64,000 nt of DNA from Candidatus Woesearchaeota archaeon (GCA_018646625.1 JABGUJ010000001.1:255534-319533), one strand, 5' to 3'. Positions 7,407 through 18,748 are shown, counted from the stretch's first letter. Made by a program: numbers and translations. Notes: generated from the letters alone by a model not told the origin.

Positions 7407-8492
7407 TTAGTATATTGGCGCGCACGAATAACGCCGAGCCTCTTTATTATATTCGTCTAATAATCCCGCAGTTGTTTTAATCGTTGCAGGATTTGAAACG
7501 CCAGATAAAGACATTAAAGCATCGGCTGCTTTTTTATGCACTTGCCTACATTGATTATAATAACTATTAGATATGTTCTGAGAGCGCATCATCAGAATCG
7601 AAGACATCCTATTCAAATTAGAATACATCTTTTCTAAGGTACAATAAAACTTTTCAAGATCTCTTGAAATTATTGCACCATACAAAGAAACATCATCGAA
7701 AGAATTAACATAATCCACAATTTGTGGGCCGGCACCCTGATCTAACAACGCAGAATCTTGATGCCAATCTGTGCTATTAAGACTATGAAATTTAACCTTA
7801 GCGCCAGAATCCATGAAATTACCTACGGGCTCAATCTCAACCAACGACATATCAGAATTATCCATATTAAAGTACTCTTGAGAAATTTGATAAACTAGAT
7901 AGTTATGCATATGAGAATCCATATTGATAAATTGTATTTTTTCATTACCATAATCTGAAAGGAATGCAAAGTCAGAAACGTCGTTACCCATCACAGGATA
8001 AGCCTGATAATTTAACTCAGGAGGAAATGATCTATTAAAATCCTTAAAGAAGGCATTCTCATGGGAACCAAGCAAAGGATCATAAAAAACAATATATCTT
8101 ATTTGAGGAGAAGTAATGTACAATAAATTCATAACTCTAAACGGCACAGACCAATCCAAAGTCCAAGTGATCATTTTATGATCATCAATCTCATCAGGTG
8201 TAAACAACACCTTATTAGAAAACGCCCTCCGCGCTTTATCATTAACAACAAACTCATCACAAGTAAATTCCAAATGCATTCTAGGAACATCATAAACCGT
8301 AACAGTACCTATACTAACTCCAGCACCAGTAAAATAAGTCGACAACTGACTCAATAATTCAGCAGATACTGCCCCTTCAGAAGATTTCTTTTGCACGGAA
8401 ACCAATCCAATAAAAAAGAACAATATAATTCCACCGACAATTAACAAAAAGATCCAATTAAACTGAATTGTTATCTGGCCTTCTTTGCTCAT
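7407..8492 (-). CDS. Pilin-like (class III signal peptide) protein
   Basis: MSKEG/QITIQFNWIFLLIVGGIILFFF. Confidence 0.82.
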   Translation of the reverse strand: MSKEGQITIQFNWIFLLIVGGIILFFFIGLVSVQKKSSEGAVSAELLSQLSTYFTGAGVSIGTVTVYDVPRMHLEFTCDEFVVNDKARRAFSNKVLFTPDEIDDHKMITWTLDWSVPFRVMNLLYITSPQIRYIVFYDPLLGSHENAFFKDFNRSFPPELNYQAYPVMGNDVSDFAFLSDYGNEKIQFINMDSHMHNYLVYQISQEYFNMDNSDMSLVEIEPVGNFMDSGAKVKFHSLNSTDWHQDSALLDQGAGPQIVDYVNSFDDVSLYGAIISRDLEKFYCTLEKMYSNLNRMSSILMMRSQNISNSYYNQCRQVHKKAADALMSLSGVSNPATIKTTAGLLDEYNKEARRYSCAPIY

Positions 8493-8496
8493 TTTA

Positions 8497-9003
8497 TTAA
8501 GGAAGAACTACTGCAACTCTATTACCTAGCCCTTTAAGAGTAATTTCAACTTGACTACCCGTTCTATTAACACAACCAAATTTGGAGTTCGGACTGCTTA
8601 ATTTCTGAACACTCAGTGCCCCAACATTCAACTTGGCTTCAGTAACATCATTACTTCTCATAAAAACTCTTTCATCTATTCCGCCCTGTTGAGCTTGCTG
8701 AATTATTGGATAATTCGTCGAAGCACAAGCCGGACCAGCTTTACAGGCAGTATCTAAAAAACAGACCTCATCATACTTCTCAGGAATCACATAATTAAAA
8801 ACTCTCTGACTACCATAATCTGTTTTAATGGTATCAATATTAGACTTTAATTTTTGTTGAAACTCAAAGTAAACTACTTCCTCCCCTCGTTTCATAAAAC
8901 TATTAACAGATTTATATCCATAAAAGAGAATCAATATTATTACAAAAAGAGATATAGCATAAATAAAAACTCTACTTGCTTGTGCTTTTCTTATTTTTCT
9001 CAC
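8497..9003 (-). CDS. Pilin-like (class III signal peptide) protein
   Basis: GTG start, MRKIRKA/QASRVFIYAISLFVIIL; overlaps the end of the upstream gene. Confidence 0.85.
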   Translation of the reverse strand: MRKIRKAQASRVFIYAISLFVIILILFYGYKSVNSFMKRGEEVVYFEFQQKLKSNIDTIKTDYGSQRVFNYVIPEKYDEVCFLDTACKAGPACASTNYPIIQQAQQGGIDERVFMRSNDVTEAKLNVGALSVQKLSSPNSKFGCVNRTGSQVEITLKGLGNRVAVVLP

Positions 9004-12000
9004 CTTTTTTACCAGACGATTTATTCTTTAATAAATCTTTCTTAGATCCAGATATTAAATCATCTAAATCATCAAGAGAACTCTTCTTTTTCTCAACCTT
9101 CATAACTTTCTTTTTACTATCAAATTCATCCAAAGCAGCAAAAATATCTTTTTCCACTGCCTTCTTAACTACTTTCTTCGTAACTTTTGGCAACACATTT
9201 TTACTTTCTTTTTTCCCTGTAGTTTTAACAGGTTTAGATGGAACTTTCTTTACCGGCTTAATTATTTTTTTCTTAACAGGCGCCTTAGCAGAAAATTTCT
9301 TCTTAATCGCTTCATTTTTCTTAATTCGCGCAACCCTTACCTTTCTCTTCTGCACTCCTTTCTTCAAAACTGAAGACAACTTATCGAACTCATCCTCTTT
9401 CTTATCTTTAGAACTAGACAAAACATCTAAGAAACTACTAGATGTCTTTCCCTTACCCAAATCACTCAAGTTCAAGAAACCGTCATCTTCCTTCTTCTTC
9501 TCTTCTCTAAACGCAATATTCTTTTTCTTCGACGCACCTTCTTTCTTAAAAGGCAACTCAGGATTTTTAGGCAATTCATTCAAATTAATATAACTACCAT
9601 CATCAATATTATCTAAAGGAGTAATAACCCCTCTTCGATCATCTGGCTCCCCATCTTTATACTTAAACTTCTCTTTAGGCGGTAGAGTTGAAGGACCAAA
9701 TCTATCAAATACCTTAACTCGCCTCTTCATTCTTTCATCAGTTCTCTTCTTGAACAACTCTCTTTCTTTCTGAAGACGCTTACGCATCATCATCAATTGC
9801 TCCGGAGAGATTCTTGGTCTGTGATGCATAGAACGAGGTAAAGCTATTGCCTTCCGTCTAACAATTGGATTCGCGGCTCTTCTCGCCGCTTCCTGCTGAG
9901 CTCTTTCTCTCTCTCGTTCTCGTCTAAAGTATTCATCTCTTTGTTGAAAAATCAACTGATACTTGTAAACCAAATATCCACCAGAAGCTAATAACAAAAG
10001 TATAGCGAACAAGAAAACAAACCAAGGCCAAAGCGGTGAAGCATCCTCACCATCACAATCTTGATCTATATCGTCGCCCCTAATTTCAGAGGCGCCAGGA
10101 TGGATCGACGAATCATCGTCATTACAGTCGGGACCACCATATTTAGCGCCCTCAAATCCATCACCATCTTTATCTTTAACTTCTAACACAACTTTATCAT
10201 TAGCATTAGTACCACAATTATACTCTTGCGCATTTGTTTGTCCGTCTTCATCAGGATCTTCATAAGAATCATCGACAGACAAATCTAACTTATATTTTCT
10301 CTCAAAAGCATCATCTATTCCATCAGAATCAGTATCGGCAGGAGAATCAAATGCGTCGTTTGCCCTTGTATGTGAAAAATTAACTTCGCCACCATCAGTA
10401 AAACCATCACCATCAGTATCTGCATTCTGCGGATCCAAATTATAGTTATACTCATCAAAGTTACTTAAACAATCATTATCATAGTCTAAGTTAGCATCAT
10501 CTGGATCTGATGGATCCAACCCATGCTCTATTTCCCAATTGTCATCAATTAAGTCCCCGTCAACATCAGGAGGCATCGACTCAGCATCTAATGGATCAGT
10601 ACCGGAAGTTACCTCACCACCATCATAGAAACCATCGCCATCAGTATCAGGATTATTAGGATCTGTACCTAATCTACACTCATCAACATTCAATAAACCA
10701 TCTCTATCATTATCCAACATTGCATCAGAAGGATCGTAAGGATCAAGACCATTAGCCTCCTCACAAGTATCGGTCATTCCATCATCATCGCTGTCAGCTT
10801 CTTCGGACTCTTCACAAATACCATCTACACAATTATTAGAATCACAATCAGCATTCTCTCCACATGCCTGTCCAACATCACACTTCTTAGGACACACTCC
10901 ACCACAGTCAACATCGCTCTCATCGCCATTCAACAAACCATCAAAGCAAATATCACCAGACGCAGGCATACATCTAAAGCCAATACAATTTCCAGATTCG
11001 CAATCAGAGTTTACTTCGCAGGCAGCACCATCAGGACACGCAGGACACACCGACCCACCGCAATCAGGATAAAACTTCGGATCTGTCTCGCCAGGATCCC
11101 ATACGCCATTAGTACAAGTATCAACAGGAACAGTATAATTAAACTCAGGACCCGAAGATATTTTCTTTCTAGCAATAACACCATCACTGCTTCCAACACC
11201 ACTTTCCAAACCAGCATTGTTGATCGCCTTAACTGCAACAAAATATGTTTTGTTCTCTTCTAAATCAATTTTAGCACTCACATCAGTAGAAGTCGTTTTA
11301 GTCCAATCAAGTATATTAACAAAATCAGTACCATTCCCTTCAGTACCTATTCTATACATATAGTGACTTATTCCTGAATGTTCATCTTCAGATCCACTTA
11401 TTGTAAATTCAATTCTAGATAAAGTAGTTTCATTACCATCATCCACCGTAGGAGCGGAAGGTGGAGACATATCAACAACAAAAGTCATCGATTTCTCAAT
11501 CTTTGGTGGTGGTGTACTAAATTCGCACAACGCTTCCACCGTATGCTCACCCTCACTCAAACCAGAAAGAGGTGCTACATGATCAACATCACCTGTTTGA
11601 GTAAAACTCAACTTACCGCCATCATCCAACTCATAACTACAACTTGCAGCTTTATTAGATTTTAACTTCAACTCAGCAGTAGAAATGCCAATATAAGCAG
11701 CAGGCGATAAAAACTCAAAATCGTTCTCCTCACTTGAATCCACTGTTATCGCCAATGAAGAAACAGCAGAAAAATCTTCTGCCCTATTCTGACAAACCAC
11801 ATAATAAGTATGAGTTTGATCGTCAGGAAGCTCACTGAAATTAATTGTATTAACTACATTAAATTCTTCTTCTTGAAAACCATCAAACCAACCAGAATTA
11901 TGAGTGGTTCCAACCCTATCTTCCATAGTAATAAACAACAGCTCAGGATTAGCGGTCTCGGCAATATTATTAGTATAAACACATCGAGTTTTATCATCCG

Positions 12001-13060
12001 TCACAACCATCATAGTGGTTTCTCTTGTTATACTTACAACGGGATTAGGATCTGCAGTTAAAGATGCAATAGAAGGAGGAGTAGGATCATATTGAAACTC
12101 AACTTTAACACCAACAGGATTAATAAAACCCGTCAACTCTTGACATTTGACGTAAATATATTCAGAAACAGCTTCCACTAAAGGAAACAAATCAATCTCA
12201 TCCTCGTTTAAGAGGAATTGACGATAATTATCATCAAAACGTCTCCAGATAATATTAGTGGGAGAAGGTACGGGAATGCTGTCAAAATTAAAAAATTGAT
12301 TACTTGCATCATACTTACAAATCTCGCCGTCCTCACTGGTTTCTAAAACCAAATCAAATGGTTTATAGTTAGCCACACCCCAAGATGGTTCAATTACTTT
12401 TATAGTTAAAGGATTGGCATCTTGAACAAATTTTGAAGACCCAACTGCCAAGTTTCCTGCCAAATCTTTCGCAGTAACTTGCCAAGTAATTTCACCATCA
12501 GTCATAGCATAGAAAACGTCATGAGCTAAAGCATACTCATCAGCATAATAACCAGATAGGTCTTCGTCATTTGCAATTGAATTTTCAACTTTAACTGGTT
12601 CATCTGACTCAACTCTGAAATGAACATCTTCAACTGTATTAACAAAATTATCAACCGGACGCAAAGTCAATAATGGCGCAGTTCTATCAATATCAAAAAA
12701 TATCTGAGGATCATTTGTATTACCAAAAATATCTTTAACATTTAATTTAAGAATATAGCTACCTTCAGGAATTGCACTCACGCCTGCAGGTAACATAGGC
12801 TGAAAGCTCCACTCATGAGAATAAAGAACGGTACCCATAGTAATAATTTCATAAACTTCATCTTCATCAAACTCATCAACTAAAATTGCAGAAACAACTG
12901 TAGAATTCTCATCAAACGGAACAGTAATTATGGGATTTGCATAATTTGTAGGCCACAGCTGAACAATTTCCCCCTGCGCACCTGCAAACAGAACGTAGTT
13001 AAAACTAGAAACAACTAACAACAACAACAAAGCCAACAACAAAACACTTTTCCTTCTCAT
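8972..13060 (-). CDS. Large single-pass surface protein: Ig/FN3-like domains, Cys-rich repeats, DxDxDG Ca-binding repeats, TM, Lys/Arg-rich cytoplasmic tail
   Basis: Sec signal peptide; AxDxAGN Ig motifs; two C.DG..N.DE.D.DCGG.C..C-type units; repeated DTDGDGF.DGGE and GLDP.D motifs; DCNDDDSSIHPGASEI..DDIDQDCDG motif; TM at ~9961-10036. Confidence 0.88.
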   Translation of the reverse strand: MRRKSVLLLALLLLLVVSSFNYVLFAGAQGEIVQLWPTNYANPIITVPFDENSTVVSAILVDEFDEDEVYEIITMGTVLYSHEWSFQPMLPAGVSAIPEGSYILKLNVKDIFGNTNDPQIFFDIDRTAPLLTLRPVDNFVNTVEDVHFRVESDEPVKVENSIANDEDLSGYYADEYALAHDVFYAMTDGEITWQVTAKDLAGNLAVGSSKFVQDANPLTIKVIEPSWGVANYKPFDLVLETSEDGEICKYDASNQFFNFDSIPVPSPTNIIWRRFDDNYRQFLLNEDEIDLFPLVEAVSEYIYVKCQELTGFINPVGVKVEFQYDPTPPSIASLTADPNPVVSITRETTMMVVTDDKTRCVYTNNIAETANPELLFITMEDRVGTTHNSGWFDGFQEEEFNVVNTINFSELPDDQTHTYYVVCQNRAEDFSAVSSLAITVDSSEENDFEFLSPAAYIGISTAELKLKSNKAASCSYELDDGGKLSFTQTGDVDHVAPLSGLSEGEHTVEALCEFSTPPPKIEKSMTFVVDMSPPSAPTVDDGNETTLSRIEFTISGSEDEHSGISHYMYRIGTEGNGTDFVNILDWTKTTSTDVSAKIDLEENKTYFVAVKAINNAGLESGVGSSDGVIARKKISSGPEFNYTVPVDTCTNGVWDPGETDPKFYPDCGGSVCPACPDGAACEVNSDCESGNCIGFRCMPASGDICFDGLLNGDESDVDCGGVCPKKCDVGQACGENADCDSNNCVDGICEESEEADSDDDGMTDTCEEANGLDPYDPSDAMLDNDRDGLLNVDECRLGTDPNNPDTDGDGFYDGGEVTSGTDPLDAESMPPDVDGDLIDDNWEIEHGLDPSDPDDANLDYDNDCLSNFDEYNYNLDPQNADTDGDGFTDGGEVNFSHTRANDAFDSPADTDSDGIDDAFERKYKLDLSVDDSYEDPDEDGQTNAQEYNCGTNANDKVVLEVKDKDGDGFEGAKYGGPDCNDDDSSIHPGASEIRGDDIDQDCDGEDASPLWPWFVFLFAILLLLASGGYLVYKYQLIFQQRDEYFRRERERERAQQEAARRAANPIVRRKAIALPRSMHHRPRISPEQLMMMRKRLQKERELFKKRTDERMKRRVKVFDRFGPSTLPPKEKFKYKDGEPDDRRGVITPLDNIDDGSYINLNELPKNPELPFKKEGASKKKNIAFREEKKKEDDGFLNLSDLGKGKTSSSFLDVLSSSKDKKEDEFDKLSSVLKKGVQKRKVRVARIKKNEAIKKKFSAKAPVKKKIIKPVKKVPSKPVKTTGKKESKNVLPKVTKKVVKKAVEKDIFAALDEFDSKKKVMKVEKKKSSLDDLDDLISGSKKDLLKNKSSGKKGEKNKKSTSK

Positions 13061-13075
13061 TGTTCATTTTATATT

Positions 13076-16000
13076 CTAATGTTTTGAACTATCTAGAGGA
13101 TACAAATCATCTCCATCACTAAACATATCACCATCAGTATCTGCCCTATCTGGCCGCGTACCCTTAACTAGCTCATCATAGTTATTTAATAAATCAAAAT
13201 CAGGATCGCCCGTACCGCTGGCATCACCAGAAGAATCTAAAGGATTAAGTACAGTCCAATACTTAACTTCAAAACCATCTGGTAAATCATCATTATCACT
13301 ATCGGGGTTAGTAGGGTCTGAATTCAATGCAGATTCATACCAATTAAACAAACCATCATTATCTTCATCAAAAAATCCATCGTTAATGTAAGGATTCAAA
13401 CCATATTGAATCTCAAACTCATATGCCATGCCATCATTGTCGTCACCATCGGGCATAGGTTTAGCCGCCATAGTACTAGGATACTTCTCAAGATATTTAT
13501 CAACAACCCAGATAAAAGTGTCAGCAGTACCATAAAAATGTACCAATATGTTATCACTCACCCAGATCATATTCGCCATGAGACTTATGTCAAGATATAC
13601 ATTGTGCCCTTTATAGTTCGTAGTGAAGGCATCAGTTTCCTCTTTAACTGCCAACTCAAGTCCATCTGTAGACTCATAGACACCCAAAGTCACACCATAC
13701 GAGAAAGTATCTCCATAGATTTCTTCTTCATAATCATACGCTGTTTCATAAGTTTCTGCAGCATTACCATCGACATCTAGAGGTCCATTTTCTGAATCAA
13801 AATTATTGTAGTCATTCGTCACACTAAAAAAGACGCTATTGGCGCTTGAGATTAAACAGTTTCCAAAATTATGTTGTCCATAAATACAATAAGGATTCAA
13901 ATCTAATTCCTGAAGTTCTTCAGGAGTCATTCCATCCTCCCCGCCACCAGAAGTAATCTTAACATACTCGGTAATTACTCTTGGACCTTTAACATCGTAA
14001 TACAAAGTTTCATCAGGTGTTGTAGCAGAATGATTAAACAACATAGTAGTCATCTTATACACATTCAAACCCTCTGTAACATCTTCATCCAATTCGAAAT
14101 AACCTTTTTCAATTTTATCATCAGGATCAAAGACTCTAATCAAAGGAACAGTAATAGTTCTAGTGCTATCCATTTGAGGAGAATATCCGAACTCTTCAAT
14201 TACTAAAACAGCACTTTGCGCCACGGGCTCAGTATAACCTGAAAACTTCACCGGCACCCCATCTTTACCAACTCGTTTATCTATCGGGGTTAACCATTCA
14301 ACGGCCGCTGCAAATGGATCTAATAAGAATACTGATTGTCCAGGAATTCCGTGTTCACCAGCATAATTAACAGGAATAACTTTTACAATATATGTACCAG
14401 CAATTCTATAAGGTACTTGATTTGGAACAAAAGTTATTTTAGAAGCTAAATCATCAAGCTTCTGCATAATCAACTGACCATCAGGAGTAGAATAAACTCT
14501 CTTAGTCTCAGTAGACTCTAACAATTCTAACTGCTCTGAAATATCAACATCATCCTCCATCCTTTCCACTCTAAACACAGAATCAAATAAACTAAACCTT
14601 TTAGTCTCATTAGTAGACACGGACAACTCATTAATCACCGCAGTGACATTATACAACTTATTCAACGTTCCACCTTTTGGATCAATGGTAATTGAAACAT
14701 TAGGACCTAATACATTATAGAACACCGTTCTTTGATCATAACCAACGTTTCCCGCATCATCACGAGCTTCAACATAAATAGTGTTGTTTCCACCTCGAAT
14801 TACAAGATCACTAGAATCATACTCGCCATTCTCGCAGGTCGTTAAATCTACAAAGTTAGCTTCGCTCGGATCATAAACATTCATAAAAATTCTAATACTG
14901 GCCCCATCTTCACAATGACCATAAACATAGATCTCTGAAATATTATATTCCTTACCATCATACTCGGGTATAATAATAGTTGGTGGATCCATAGAGGTAT
15001 CAATCACAAACGAAGTCTGTGCTTCACCATCATCCAATCTTCCTGAAGGATCGCTGCAAGTAATATCATAAGTATATTCCTTATTTTCTTCAAAAATGCC
15101 ATCTAACTCTAATTCATATTTGTAAACATTAGTCTTTTCTTTTAATGGATCAACTGATTGCGCAAAGTCAAACCAATCAAGTAACGCGCCAATTAATACC
15201 ATCTCACCATCATAGTTCCTATCAACCTTACATTGAGATTCCCTTCTAGTTTCCCAAGACAACTTCAACTCCGGAGGTAACTTGTTTGTAGCTCCTGATG
15301 GACGTAAATTAATGATGGTAATAGGTAGATCTAACTGCACCACCAACTTAACCGCGACCCAAGAATATGTTGAACTAAAGCTCGCAATATTTCCCGCAGC
15401 ATCTTGACAATTAATATAATAAGTGTAAGTAGTATTGTCCTCTAACTCAATCGCAGAAGTTAGCATCTCTTGCATATAACCTATACCTTCAAATTCAGTC
15501 TCCATATTCTCAAATTCGTCCTGAGTTAAACTATACCTACATCTTGAAGGCTCATTGGTAGTAACTCTAAGTTGAGTTAAGAAGTTATCAACAATCACAT
15601 AACCATGAATGTTAGGCATAGTAGTGTCCATAATTACGACACCATCTACCGACTCCCACGAAGTAATCAACGGAGGAACAAAGTCTAATATTATAAGTAA
15701 ATTATGTGTTTTAGAATTCCCCATAACATCTTTACAATTCAAAGTCAAAGCATTAGAACCATCTTTCAATTTATAGCTCAACTTTAAAGTATGTTCTAGC
15801 GAGTCCTCAGTCTCAAATTCTTCTTGCATCGGATCAATCAAACCTTTTGGCACATAAGTTAAAACACAAGTAGCCTGCTCGTTTGTTTGTATTCTAAAAA
15901 ATGGTTGCAAGTCCTCAGCATTAGAAGCCAAAGTAATCATTGGCTCTGTTGCCAAAACATTTGGTTCTAAGAACACCACTTCGGGTCCTTCGTTATCACT

Positions 16001-18748
16001 TCGCACCAAGACTGTAAGTTCGGCTTGATTTCCTGCAGCATCTGTTGCAACAATAACAATTTCATTATCTTCTGCATGTATACCAGAAATCAAAGTAATC
16101 TCATTCTCCTCTTCTCCAGGTTCATAACTAACGCCACCAGCAACTTGAACAGAGGCTAAAGGAGAATAACCATCACTAATGTATTCGATAACAATCTTAA
16201 CTGAAGAATCTCCAGTCATATAATATTCAGTTTCTTCATCATAAATAACTGCATATTCAACATTAACTGCTTTAACTTCTTTAACAGATATATCTGGCGC
16301 AGTTCTATCTAAACCATAACTAGTGTTAACCACTTGTTTATTACCTGCGGCATCTACAGAACAAAAATTAAATGTTTTTGCCCCTTCTTGAGAAAACTGC
16401 AAACCGTTTGATTCCTTAGGAAAAATCTCATTATCTTCATTACAAGCATCACAACCAGACACTAAACAATAAAGTGTTCTATCAACATACGAAGTAGAAT
16501 CCTCTTCAGTAATGTTAACCAAAGCACTGTTAGAATTGTACCAACCTTCCAGCAAACTAATCTCAGAGACAGGCGCACTATTATCAATATTTACAGAAAC
16601 ACTTTCCGGCAACGAAGGATTTCCTGCTTTATCATAAGCTCTATAAAAAATAACCTCATTAGTATCATCAACAAAAGTAAATGATTGAACATAAACAAAG
16701 CCTTCTTCATTTGGTTCACAACTCTCTTCACCTAAAGAAACATAACAATATCTTATTTCATCAATACCAGATGCAAATTCACTATCTCCGTCAGTTGCAT
16801 TTAGAATAAAAGTCTCAGCTTCAGAAGTAATCCATTCATTATCATAATTATAAGTATCCCATACAGTAGGCATAGATGAATCAGCAACAACAGAGACTTC
16901 AGAAGTCTCACAATTCATCGCCTTATCACAGATCGTAACGGTTAGATCAAAGCCTCTCTCTGTTTCGGTTGTAACGTCCATGTTATATGTAGCAGAAGAT
17001 ATTCGCCCATTTCCACCTGGTGTGCTCAATGTCGCATTCATATTGTGCTGAACACCTTCAAAATCATCATAATATTGAACATTTACAAACCAAACATAAT
17101 CTTCAACAAAATCGAATACCAACTCATTCTCACCAAAACCAATTATGTGCTTCAAACTCAACTCAGACATTTCCGGAGTTACAGTATCAACAATAAATTC
17201 AGGCCTAAATTCGCCTTCGGGACCATATACTCCCCCCTCATCCATAATCTTCTTCGCTTTAACAACAGATTTGTATGTAGAACCAAATGCAGTATTCAAC
17301 AAAGATTTAGCAATAACATCTTTGAAATGTAGCGTGAACTTATTTTCAAACTCATTATCGACATTTGCTTTTTTCAAATTATCCAAGACTTCATCAGTAA
17401 AAACATTATGTGAAGCGCCATCAACATCTTTTGCACTAAGAGTCATAAACGTAACTTGCACATCTCTATCTAAATCAAAATCCATTAACAAGTCTAAGTC
17501 AGAAACATTAGTATAATACAAATCTTCATCTTCAAAATATTGATAATTAGTTAACTTGTACAATAATCTTCTTGGCACATCACTTCTAATCTCAAAAGAA
17601 TATTCAGTTTCATCATAATTAATTTCATTGCCCATAGTATCTGCAGCATATATTCTAACCGTATAGAAACCATAAGCTAAATCGCCAAGATAATTAACTT
17701 GTATGCTACTCAAATCATCAGAAGGCACACATTCTATCTCAATGCTATCACAAGTATACGTTTCTTGCGAAGAAAACTCAGGAGCATCTATTTCAACTTC
17801 AAATTCAATCGATGCAAGATCTAATTGAGAGTTATCCGTTACAGTGAAAAATAAACTAGAATCTAAATCCCCAATAACTGTATCATTTTTTGGAACTCTC
17901 TCTGTAATCTCCGGAGCTGATGCATCCTTACACACAGTAAACTCGGACACCTCGCCATTATCAACTGCATCGTGCACTACCACTACGACTGTTTTACACT
18001 CACCATCAGGCAAAATAAAGAAACCAATCTCAGTCTCAACACTCTCAAATCCTTCATAAGTATACTGAGATTCATCACCTACAACTTCAGAAGTCTCAGC
18101 AAAAACTGTAGCCATAGATGATTCCGAATCATGATCCACTTCAGGAACATCTTCTCCAAGATAAGCATAGTAATGTAAATGAGAATAGGCCTCAACATTC
18201 AAAATTAACGAAAACTCCTCCGCAGTTGTGTAGCTATTGTCAATCACAACATCTCCGTCTGGAACAACAACTTCAACTAATTCGGCAAGTTGTGGAGGAG
18301 TAATATCAATAAGAAGAGGAATATTACTGGGAGTCATCGGAGTACCCCCGTGCTTTTGAGTAATTGTATAAACATAATATCCGCTTTCTGTAACTTTACT
18401 ATCTATCTGATAAGCACTCAAAGATTTAGCACCAGATCTATCTTCTTGACCTGAAGAATATCGGTTTATCTCTTTTTCTGGAGTTGAAAATGTCTTTACA
18501 ACATTTGAACTAGTAATACTAGGAGCAGGAACTTCTCCTTGAGCAAGATAGACCTCATCACTAATAGGAGAAACAGATTTAGAAGCACTCACTACTGCCT
18601 TGATGGTTGTATCACCAAAAACAACATCGCCATTTACACTTCTAACAGAATTTTTATCAAAAGTCGCAAACACAGAAGCAGTCATAGCCAAAGCTAAGCA
18701 AACAATCATAAAAATACTCAAAATCCGTTTAACACATCGTACAATCAT
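13076..18748 (-). CDS. Very large secreted acidic Ig-like repeat protein with C-terminal DxDxDG Ca-binding repeats
   Basis: Signal peptide MIVRCVKRILSIFMIVCLALAMTASVFA (start inferred at 18748; track start 18790); many D.AGN / D..PP Ig motifs; C-terminal DSDNDDLPDGFE and DTDGDMFSDGDD; no C-terminal TM. Confidence 0.85.
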   Translation of the reverse strand: MIVRCVKRILSIFMIVCLALAMTASVFATFDKNSVRSVNGDVVFGDTTIKAVVSASKSVSPISDEVYLAQGEVPAPSITSSNVVKTFSTPEKEINRYSSGQEDRSGAKSLSAYQIDSKVTESGYYVYTITQKHGGTPMTPSNIPLLIDITPPQLAELVEVVVPDGDVVIDNSYTTAEEFSLILNVEAYSHLHYYAYLGEDVPEVDHDSESSMATVFAETSEVVGDESQYTYEGFESVETEIGFFILPDGECKTVVVVVHDAVDNGEVSEFTVCKDASAPEITERVPKNDTVIGDLDSSLFFTVTDNSQLDLASIEFEVEIDAPEFSSQETYTCDSIEIECVPSDDLSSIQVNYLGDLAYGFYTVRIYAADTMGNEINYDETEYSFEIRSDVPRRLLYKLTNYQYFEDEDLYYTNVSDLDLLMDFDLDRDVQVTFMTLSAKDVDGASHNVFTDEVLDNLKKANVDNEFENKFTLHFKDVIAKSLLNTAFGSTYKSVVKAKKIMDEGGVYGPEGEFRPEFIVDTVTPEMSELSLKHIIGFGENELVFDFVEDYVWFVNVQYYDDFEGVQHNMNATLSTPGGNGRISSATYNMDVTTETERGFDLTVTICDKAMNCETSEVSVVADSSMPTVWDTYNYDNEWITSEAETFILNATDGDSEFASGIDEIRYCYVSLGEESCEPNEEGFVYVQSFTFVDDTNEVIFYRAYDKAGNPSLPESVSVNIDNSAPVSEISLLEGWYNSNSALVNITEEDSTSYVDRTLYCLVSGCDACNEDNEIFPKESNGLQFSQEGAKTFNFCSVDAAGNKQVVNTSYGLDRTAPDISVKEVKAVNVEYAVIYDEETEYYMTGDSSVKIVIEYISDGYSPLASVQVAGGVSYEPGEEENEITLISGIHAEDNEIVIVATDAAGNQAELTVLVRSDNEGPEVVFLEPNVLATEPMITLASNAEDLQPFFRIQTNEQATCVLTYVPKGLIDPMQEEFETEDSLEHTLKLSYKLKDGSNALTLNCKDVMGNSKTHNLLIILDFVPPLITSWESVDGVVIMDTTMPNIHGYVIVDNFLTQLRVTTNEPSRCRYSLTQDEFENMETEFEGIGYMQEMLTSAIELEDNTTYTYYINCQDAAGNIASFSSTYSWVAVKLVVQLDLPITIINLRPSGATNKLPPELKLSWETRRESQCKVDRNYDGEMVLIGALLDWFDFAQSVDPLKEKTNVYKYELELDGIFEENKEYTYDITCSDPSGRLDDGEAQTSFVIDTSMDPPTIIIPEYDGKEYNISEIYVYGHCEDGASIRIFMNVYDPSEANFVDLTTCENGEYDSSDLVIRGGNNTIYVEARDDAGNVGYDQRTVFYNVLGPNVSITIDPKGGTLNKLYNVTAVINELSVSTNETKRFSLFDSVFRVERMEDDVDISEQLELLESTETKRVYSTPDGQLIMQKLDDLASKITFVPNQVPYRIAGTYIVKVIPVNYAGEHGIPGQSVFLLDPFAAAVEWLTPIDKRVGKDGVPVKFSGYTEPVAQSAVLVIEEFGYSPQMDSTRTITVPLIRVFDPDDKIEKGYFELDEDVTEGLNVYKMTTMLFNHSATTPDETLYYDVKGPRVITEYVKITSGGGEDGMTPEELQELDLNPYCIYGQHNFGNCLISSANSVFFSVTNDYNNFDSENGPLDVDGNAAETYETAYDYEEEIYGDTFSYGVTLGVYESTDGLELAVKEETDAFTTNYKGHNVYLDISLMANMIWVSDNILVHFYGTADTFIWVVDKYLEKYPSTMAAKPMPDGDDNDGMAYEFEIQYGLNPYINDGFFDEDNDGLFNWYESALNSDPTNPDSDNDDLPDGFEVKYWTVLNPLDSSGDASGTGDPDFDLLNNYDELVKGTRPDRADTDGDMFSDGDDLYPLDSSKH

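Noticed and set aside
8976..9593. 205-aa Phe/Leu/Ser-rich plus-strand ORF resembling a membrane protein
   Set aside because: Antisense shadow of the Lys/Glu-rich tail of 8972..13060
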